Translations under genes and position numbers: made by a program | Assembly (NCBI GenBank): GCA_951804945.1 | Contig: OX638154.1 | Location: 31,434,001-31,498,000, forward strand | Direction of reading: 5' to 3' | Length of the DNA: 64,000 bases | Source of the DNA: Podarcis cretensis | Lineage: Eukaryota | Shown here: in pieces, positions 14,801-64,000 of the stretch | Numbering within the stretch: position 1 is the first letter of the stretch | Layout of the letters: each line of letters starts with the position of its first letter | The notes under the pieces: model-generated | Database searches by the model: none | Seen by the model: only the letters and a program-made list of their open reading frames with translations | Told to the model about the DNA's origin: nothing

Positions 14801-16286
14801 GAAAATGTATGTCTGTTCCAGTTGCTTTGGAATATGCTCTTTATATTTTGTAATTGTGGCCCAGAGGGGAAAGAGTAAAAGAGATAGTCGATGTAATGAC
14901 AGTGCTAAGGAAGGCAGTGTAATACAACAGCAACATGAGTGTCAGGGTGCATTTTAAGAATATGCGAGAATTGAACACTCTGAGGTGGCTGTGTTGGGCT
15001 CTCAACAAAACTAAAGCATTTTTTGGTTATTGTAAGTGTCGCAGTTTCTTGGTAAGCCAGAACAGACTGTGCGCTGCCACAGAAACATTCTGCTTCCTCA
15101 GATGCAGGCTACATCTGCATTGAAAAAGTGAGAACTCATGTTTTGTGTAGGTGGATCTAAACTGGACTGAATTTCTTAGCTATAGTAAAACAGTGCTTTC
15201 TATGTACCTATGCATTTGGTCCATGTTAATTTGAAGCAATAGCCCAGCATTGTCTGGTACTTTATATAGTAACTAACACACACACACATACACGCACACA
15301 CACACCATGGTTAGCATGGAAATGCTTATGCTGTGTTCTTGGCCAGTTGTGGCATAACATTTTTCCACTGGAAGGCAGTTTTTATAACTTTTTATAGTAA
15401 AATACATATGGAAAACATTATAATTTTGGTCTCCCTGGAGACATCTGGCCGATTACTGGATGGGGGATGTCCTGGTTCAGGCCAGAAAGATTGTTGTGCT
15501 ACTGGGCTAAATTTAAAGTTTCACTTGTTGGCATATAAAGCCCTAAACAGCTAGGAACCAGGCTGTCTGAAAGATTGCCTTTGCTGCCTGTCCACTGCAG
15601 TTATCTGTGGTGCCATGTGTGCTGGAGGTTTGTTTCATGGTAACTCAGAAGTCCTTCAGCACAGGGGCACCTGTCTTGTGGAATACAACATCTGTCAAAT
15701 TAGGCAGGCTCCAATAATTGGTTATATGCTAAAAAAAACTACTTCAGTGGGTTTTCCCAGATTTGATTCACGGGCAGTATCAGATTTTTTTGTGGGGGGC
15801 ATTATATTTATTATACATTGCTGTGATATTTGTTCATATTCAGCAGCTTATTTGGAAAATTTATGAAATTTATAAAAAATTATAAAATGGTCATACTGAT
15901 TGCAGAATTTCTGCATTCTAAGAAAATTTGCTTTCCTTTCAAAAGAACATGCTCCTGAAAGAAGACTGGGCTAAGTTGCTCTGAATTCAATTTGAATTCC
16001 TAGTTTCCCTGTGTTTGATAATGGGTGGGGCCAACATGAAGTTTCTGTTCTTGGTAGCAAGTTAGTTGCTAGATACAGCTGCATTTTAGTGGTACTTGCT
16101 GTTGTGCTGTAGCATAAACTTTTTTTTCTACCTTCTTTACAGAGTTCATGTATTAGTTTTTCCTACTGGAAAGAGACTGTATCTATACTGCTTAGCCCAG
16201 ACCGGACATCACCTTGTGCCATAGTTAGCTACATTGACGAGGCATACATGGACATGGACATGGACAGAGATTTTGCCGAGGAGTAA
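2286..16286 (+). CDS. TRPC4AP: TRPC4AP (TRUSS; short transient receptor potential channel 4-associated protein, CRL4/DDB1 substrate receptor), 5'-partial multi-exon gene, 16 coding exons in window
   Basis: Spliced exons 2286-2343, 3588-3643, 4461-4589, 7242-7443, 7601-7789, 8083-8225, 8957-9088, 9370-9428, 10701-10802, 12527-12610, 13041-13131, 13469-13609, 13698-13806, 14312-14424, 14600-14806, 16143-16286. All GT-AG and phase-consistent. Peptide LLVEILMRP...FDQQQLANFCRILAVTISE...LEEWYTWLDNALVLDALMRVA...FWQARAVESFLRG...SSCISFSYWKETVSILL...RDFAEE* matches vertebrate TRPC4AP. Synteny with MYH7B. Confidence 0.97.
3588..3643 (+). CDS. TRPC4AP: TRPC4AP coding exon (56 nt)
   Basis: ttgcag|(I)SDDLIKDCLSILYNTCIC|gtaagt. 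Confidence 0.93.
4461..4589 (+). CDS. TRPC4AP: TRPC4AP coding exon (129 nt)
   Basis: tgtag|TEGVTKRLAERNDFVLFLFTLMTNKKTFLQTATLIEDILGVKK|gtttgt. Confidence 0.95.
4955..5365 (+). mobile_element. CR1 LINE 3' fragment (degenerate)
   Basis: CR1-like ORF2 end (tgtccagag...aaggttaaggggagacatg...ccttcaaatacctgaaggg) and terminal ATTCTGTG-type repeats (ttctgattctgaaattctgtgattc). Confidence 0.75.
6551..6754. mobile_element. Tc1/mariner (Tigger-like) MITE
   Basis: Imperfect TIRs CAGTAAGCCCACAACTTGCATG / CAGTAAGTCTGCAATTTATGTG flanked by TA on both sides. Confidence 0.65.
7242..7443 (+). CDS. TRPC4AP: TRPC4AP coding exon (202 nt)
   Basis: tttag|EMIQLEDIPNLSSLVSSFDQQQLANFCRIL...AEINQ|gtaaag. Confidence 0.95.
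7601..7789 (+). CDS. TRPC4AP: TRPC4AP coding exon (189 nt)
   Basis: catag|(A)ALLNIPGFIERLCKLATRK...GEETEQSST|gtacct. Confidence 0.94.
8083..8225 (+). CDS. TRPC4AP: TRPC4AP coding exon (143 nt)
   Basis: tttag|(E)SSDESGFASTSPRNQLPQTMKIMHEIMYKLEVLYVLCVLLMGRQRNQ|gtgaga. Confidence 0.93.
8798..8824. repeat. (TG)n microsatellite
   Basis: Seen directly. Confidence 0.95.
8957..9088 (+). CDS. TRPC4AP: TRPC4AP coding exon (132 nt)
   Basis: cctag|VHKMIAEFRLIPGLNNLFDKLIWRKHSASALVLHGHNQNCDCSP|gtgagt. Confidence 0.95.
9370..9428 (+). CDS. TRPC4AP: TRPC4AP coding exon (59 nt)
   Basis: tgtag|DITLKIQFLRLLQSFSDHH(E)|gtgagt. Confidence 0.94.
9860..10217 (-). mobile_element. Sauria SINE, full length, young
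   Basis: tRNA-derived head (gacgcgggtggcgctgtggg...agttcgaatcc) on - strand, (ACCTTT)n tail, 12-bp TSD tctgctatttta at 9848-9859 and 10218-10229, CpG-rich. Confidence 0.92.
10701..10802 (+). CDS. TRPC4AP: TRPC4AP coding exon (102 nt)
   Basis: aatag|NKYLLLNSQELNELSAISLKANIPEVEAVVNTD(R)|gtagag. Confidence 0.94.
12527..12610 (+). CDS. TRPC4AP: TRPC4AP coding exon (84 nt)
   Basis: tttag|NLVCDGKRGLLTRLLQVMKKEPAESSF(R)|gtgggc. Confidence 0.94.
13041..13131 (+). CDS. TRPC4AP: TRPC4AP coding exon (91 nt)
   Basis: accag|FWQARAVESFLRGATSYADQMFLLKRGLLE|gtattc. Confidence 0.95.
13469..13609 (+). CDS. TRPC4AP: TRPC4AP coding exon (141 nt)
   Basis: gccag|HILYCIVDSECKSRDVLQSYFDLLGELMKFNIDAFKRFNKYINTDEK|gtaaac. 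Confidence 0.95.
13698..13806 (+). CDS. TRPC4AP: TRPC4AP coding exon (109 nt)
   Basis: tttag|FQIFLNQINSSLVDSNMLVRCITLSLDRFESQSDIK|gtaact. Confidence 0.94.
14312..14424 (+). CDS. TRPC4AP: TRPC4AP coding exon (113 nt)
   Basis: tacag|(V)AEVLSECRLLSYMSQMSMRMSFLFRLINIIHVQTLTQ|gtaaaa. Confidence 0.95.
14600..14806 (+). CDS. TRPC4AP: TRPC4AP coding exon (207 nt)
   Basis: tatag|ENVSCLNTSLVILMLARRKDKLP...QQHYLNKDKDSTCLEN|gtatgt. Confidence 0.95.
15440..15720 (+). mobile_element. L2/CR1-clade LINE ORF2 fragment (degenerate)
   Basis: gctaaatttaaag...tataaagccctaaacagctaggaaccaggct..ctgaaagattgcct motif; a similar fragment lies at ~42040-42180. Confidence 0.5.
16143..16286 (+). CDS. TRPC4AP: TRPC4AP last coding exon (coding part, ends TAA)
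   Basis: tacag|SSCISFSYWKETVSILLSPDRTSPCAIVSYIDEAYMDMDMDRDFAEE*. Confidence 0.95.
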   Translation, partial: SSCISFSYWKETVSILLSPDRTSPCAIVSYIDEAYMDMDMDRDFAEE

Positions 16287-17083
16287 TTCTTCAGGCTCTG
16301 GCTTCCAATGGACTGTGCTTCAGAGGGAATCTTGCAGACAATGGATTTTCAGGGATATGCTGTGTGCACAAACTTGGAACTATGGAATGTTACCATGTTA
16401 AAGTTTTCTCTCTCCATCCCCTGCTCTCAGCACTGTTTTGAAGAGCAAGACATCACCAACTTCCTAGTCAACATATTCAGGGAATGCTTGTGTTCTGTCC
16501 GAAATTGTCTGCAAAAAGCCCAGTCTTTCTGCTCACTGTGGCTAGAATCCTTTGAGTTTGATAGATGGGATCTTTCAGATGTGCAGTTGTTAGCTGTGGC
16601 TTTTTATCCTGGCTACCAGAATTAGATGTTAAAAGTGCAGGCAATTTTTTGGGCCATCCAAACAAGCCGATTTTTATGGGCACGCCAGATGCACACCAGC
16701 CACATTTAAGCCACTTTTAAAAGTTTCTATTTTTATTGCTTTTTCCTTTGCATTGGGATATAGAACTGATTGTGTGTGTATTTTGTTTTTAAATTCTTGG
16801 AGATAATAGCTCTCTTCACTTCTTTGCAAACTACTTTGGGATTGTCTCCTACAAAACTTGTGTCCAAACCCCTTATTTTATCTTGTTGTGGTATTGCATC
16901 CAGAAGTATCTCTCTCCGTTCTGTGGAAATCTCTTGTCTTCAGCTGATTTTACAGTGTGGTCTAGAACAGGCATACATTGTGGTGATGGGGTTAGTCTTG
17001 GGAGCCTAGTTTTGACTAGGCACTAATGAATTGAAATTAACTGATTTTCCCCACTCTAAATATTGCAGCCTGGCCATTTTGTC

Positions 17084-17089
17084 AATAAA
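17084..17089 (+). terminator. Candidate proximal polyadenylation signal of TRPC4AP (AATAAA)
   Basis: First AATAAA seen after the stop codon. Alternatives are AATAAA 17865-17870 and ATTAAA 19270/19284; sequence alone cannot show which is used. Confidence 0.4.
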
Positions 17090-17920
17090 TAACAAACTCA
17101 AGTTGAAAATTTATTCTGCAGTCCTGCTTTGGCTGACCATAAAATCCGCTCTTGAACATTTGCTATTTGGAAACCTAACACTCTAGGCTAAAATAGCAAA
17201 ATTAAATCCTTTTATTCCAATTGTGTATATATATTTATTTATTGTTCCTGAAGTGTAATAGTTACTGGAATTGGCTGATCTTCTCCTAATGATATATGTA
17301 TTAAATGCTGCCCAGTGATTTTGGTTTGGGGACAAATTGCTCAACAATATCTGAGTTTGCTCTTGTAACTGCTGGCATTTAAACAAGTCACTTGGAATAT
17401 AAGCTAATATTTGAAGTCAGAAACTTTCTGAACATTCTTTTCATTACTGTGCTAAAGCACTTTAAGAAGCTTTAGCAGCCCTTTATCTCCCTCAGTTTAA
17501 AATTACTTTAATTGTCCCTTAATGTGTAAATGTATACTTCTGGGACATACTCATATAGCACAATATACCCCTGAAAAGTCTTGTGTTAGAATGCTATGGC
17601 TATGTGGTATTTTCCTCTATGAAGGAAAACCTTAAATATCAGAACCAGTCTTGGTTCAGAAAGGTAAGTTCCAGACATGGAACTTAACAGTAGCTGGGAA
17701 AGCGGAGTGCTTGACTATTCTCATCATCTTTACCCTGCACTTTTTGCTGCACCTTATTTTCAGATAACGCCATGGAAAGAACAGCTGGACTGCAGCAGGT
17801 TTGTTTACAGATACTATTTTAATATATATTTGCCTCATAAAAAAACAAAGGCACTTGCTTCCAGAATAAAAAGTATAGTACTGTTCTATCTCACAGTACT
17901 AGTTGCTCTTTGGTTTAAAT

Positions 17921-18057
17921 CAGGCGTCCTCAAACTCAGCCCTCCAGAATTTTTTGGCCTACAACTCCCATGATCCCTGGCTAGCAGGACCCAGTGGTCA
18001 GGGATGATGGGAATTGTAGTCTCAAAACATCTGGAGGGCCAAGGCTGAGGAAGCCTA
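17921..18057. mobile_element. hAT-type MITE (palindromic ctacaactcccat family)
   Basis: TIRs CAGGCGTCCTCA / TAGGCTTCCTCA; 8-bp TSD gtttaaat at 17913-17920 and 18058-18065; internal inverted repeat ctacaactcccat/atgggaattgtag. Older relatives at ~430-510, 18731-18863, 23418-23545, 27869-27995, 28593-28691, 35375-35512, 40450-40580, 53682-53800, 57345-57430. Confidence 0.85.
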
Positions 18058-19923
18058 GTTTAAATAATCTAATTGGTTGGGCATCTATTGAAGGAACAGC
18101 ACAGCACTTTAAGACTGACCCAATCTGTGTTCTCCTTCGTGGTATGTTAGAAATTAAAATGGAAATATGGGAGCAAATTATGTATCTGCTGTGCAGGAGC
18201 AACCAGCCCACATCCTTTTTGATTTTTATTTATTTATTTTTTTAAGGATATGTTAAAATTTTCATCCCAAGGCACTATTAAACTGGCTTTACCTGACTCC
18301 ACATGCCTTTGACAGTTATCAAATGAGTCCAAGTGTTGAAGTAACTTTTTATAGCAGACATTTGCTTCTTGGTTTTAACCTGTTCCTTCTTGGGCTCATC
18401 CTTTTTCCCCTTCCCCAAATTCTAGGTTATATTTATGCGCTGATTCTATAAATGTAGTAACCCTACACTTCAAATTAAACGCTATGTATTAAAAGGCTCA
18501 AATGAGACTGGATGCCTTCTGAGTCGTTTTAATTATTGCATCCAGTCTGCAAAGAACTTACTAATTTTCATCCAGTATAAATGACATATTTCCTTGTAAT
18601 TGAATGGTCAGGCTGCTTTGTTTCTTTTATGCATTTGACTCAGGTGAGACTGATCCTTAGCTACTCCTGGGAGTGGCTTGGTATCGCCCACCATGTTCCT
18701 CTATTTGTTTCCAGTTTATTGGTCTAGGCCCAGGGGTAAGGAACTTGCAGCCTCTCAGATGTTGCTGCACTACAGCTTCAATCAGCCTTGGCCACAGTGG
18801 TTAGACCTGATGGGAGTTGGAGTCCACCAACAATTAGAAGGCCACCTGTGTTCCCTATCCCTGTTACAAGGTGATTGCAAGGAGTTGAGCTGGGGTTTTT
18901 GACTCAGGCTGCACCATTTGCCTTTTAGTTCTTACAGGGAGCTTGTATGCCTGAGAGATCTCCCGCCACAGCTTTTCTCATAGAATCTTCTTTGCAAATG
19001 TTTAGAGATTGCAATGGTAGGCTTGGATTTAAATGCAAACTGCTTCAAGGAGTGATACCGATGAGTGACACTTAAATGTGGCTGAAAAACAAAAAAGGTC
19101 ACTGTTGGCTGTGTTGGCTTTGGTTTGGATTTTTAATCACTAAAGGAATGGAACTGCTGTGTGGCAAGAGGGTGGGCCAACAAATGTTCCTGGAAATTTA
19201 AAGTATCTCAAGTGGATTAATGTTCATGCTGCCCAGATTAATGCTGATTTACTAACAGCACATAAATGTATTAAATGGAAACTATTAAAATAATTTTATT
19301 TTAAAAAAATACGCTAGTGAAGGTCTTTACTTTTTCTGCAACAATTCTCATAGTCATGGAGCTCTTCCTATAAATAGCATGGATTGGGTATAAGCAACTG
19401 GACTTCACAGTTGTAATGCTCAGGTGGAGGTATGTCTGCTGTAGAACGTAGCACGGTATCTTTGCAGCCCTGGGTCAACTGTATTATTACTGTTGCATAA
19501 CTATCATTAGATGCCGTATGTCTAAGAATTAAAAACATTGGCTTCACAATGAAGGCTGCTCTTTGTCAGGTAGAACAATACATTTCCCCTTTGTGTGGGT
19601 ACTTGAGTTATTTTTCCAAAAGACCTTAGAGTGTCCAAAAAACTTTGATCTATACATACTCCATGATTGAAGTTTTCACATCTGACCATGTTTCCTTACC
19701 TGCTGTACTTGAAAAAACACCTCTATCACCACTAGAAGTCAATTCTCTACCGGGCAATCCTCCACTAAGTAGATGGGGAAAGTTGCCTACTGATGGAATT
19801 CTTAGAAAAGGACTTTGAAAGTTCTTCCTGCCATATTTCCATTTTAAATAGAGGAATTGTCATAGTGAGAACAATAGTCCACCCAATTATAAATAGGTCA
19901 CAGCCTTCTCATGAATGCTAGGT

Positions 19924-19929
19924 TTTATT
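19924..19929 (-). terminator. MYH7B polyadenylation signal (AATAAA on - strand)
   Basis: Plus-strand tttatt ~90 nt after the stop codon, typical of the short myosin 3'UTR. Confidence 0.8.
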
Positions 19930-20017
19930 CACTACAGAGACAGTGATGGCTGTTGCAGCCATTTACATCTACACAATGACATACACGGTGAGAGAAGGGA
20001 TGTTGCACTGCAGCTTC

Positions 20018-63105
<43,088 letters not shown>

Positions 63106-64000
63106 CTGCAGGGATTAAACAGAAACATTTTGGTAAAGGGATTTCTTAAGAAATGTTTTCTTTTCTTAACAAGGATGTTGAACTGCAGTGGTGGAATGGT
63201 GGAATATATTCTTGCTTATTAAATCCAATAAAAATGTATTTTGAAAACGAGGTGCTATTTGTGTCAGATTTTCATATTGCCATCCTTGGTTTTGTTTTCT
63301 CTGCTTTGGTTTTATCTTGTGAGTGTAAGGAAAGCCTGTAATACTTACTACAAAAAGAAAAGCAAAGGAGGTGCTGTTGAAACTCATAAGCAGGAAATAA
63401 AAGTGATGGCTTTCCCCTTCATTTGAACACTTTTGGTTAAGAGGTCTTTAAAAAGTTTGGTCTAAAGGCTGCACTGCCACCAGTCATCACGCATAACATT
63501 TGCACATTGAGTTTCATGCAACAGATGAGCCATTGGGCCCCATAGCAATATCCTCCTATGAAACCTCCTTTGTGGTATTGGCCATACACAAGGAGCACTT
63601 TAGATTAATTCTCCAGCTCTTTCTCCTAGACTAGAAATAAATGAAGACAGACTCTTGGTCGCAGCACTTTATTGGGCAAGGTCTAGCAACCCAGCTCCAC
63701 ATATGGGACATGGAAGTAAATCCCATTGACTTTCAAGAGTGGAGCCTTAGGGATTTAATAGGGCTTAGTCACATCTTGTCGTGACTCCTGTAATTGCACT
63801 TCAATTGCTCCTGTGGTGCAACGCAGCGGCTGCTGTCAAGGGTTTCTATGGATAAATATAACCTAAACAAAATAATATGCCACAGGGTTTTAATCAGGAA
63901 GGTTTGAGGTTATTTAGACAAACAGCTGAAGTATACAATTCATTACTTATATGAAATATACTCAGAGTCGCAAAGTGATTTCATGCTCTTTATTCAGCTC

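Noticed and set aside
16287-19900. Possible miR-499-5p target site in the neighbouring TRPC4AP 3'UTR
   Set aside because: By eye only AGTCTTG near-matches (~16994, 17577, 17647) and no GTCTTA seed match; a computational scan should confirm

Overview
Vertebrate (squamate reptile, probably a lacertid lizard, judging from the Sauria SINEs and MITE families) genomic window with two convergent, tail-to-tail protein-coding genes. On the + strand are the last 16 coding exons of TRPC4AP (2286-16286; the 5' exons lie left of the window). On the - strand are 40 coding exons of the slow/tonic sarcomeric myosin MYH7B (63105 down to 20018; the start-codon exon lies right of the window). I reconstructed every exon by hand with GT-AG boundaries and consistent phases, and neither gene shows a frameshift or premature stop. 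The myomiR miR-499 hairpin (42844-42924, -) sits in the MYH7B intron after the loop-2 exon, the conserved 'intron 19' position. Introns carry two Sauria SINEs with target-site duplications, two probable solo LTRs, hAT, Tc1/mariner and Harbinger-type MITEs, CR1/L2/BovB fragments, microsatellites and one 138-N gap. Nearly all short ORFs in the supplied track are exon fragments, antisense shadows of myosin exons, or noise. The most interesting inferences concern routes to miR-499 without myosin protein. (i) The P-loop exon that is skipped in mammals is the only one of the 40 exons with an AAG acceptor, and skipping it gives a premature stop. (ii) A muscle-type promoter cluster with a TATA box and a short candidate first exon lies in the intron just upstream of it. 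(iii) A sense-oriented SINE with a perfect Pol III B box lies about 160 nt upstream of pre-miR-499, with no T4 terminator until beyond the hairpin. These are hypotheses from sequence alone.
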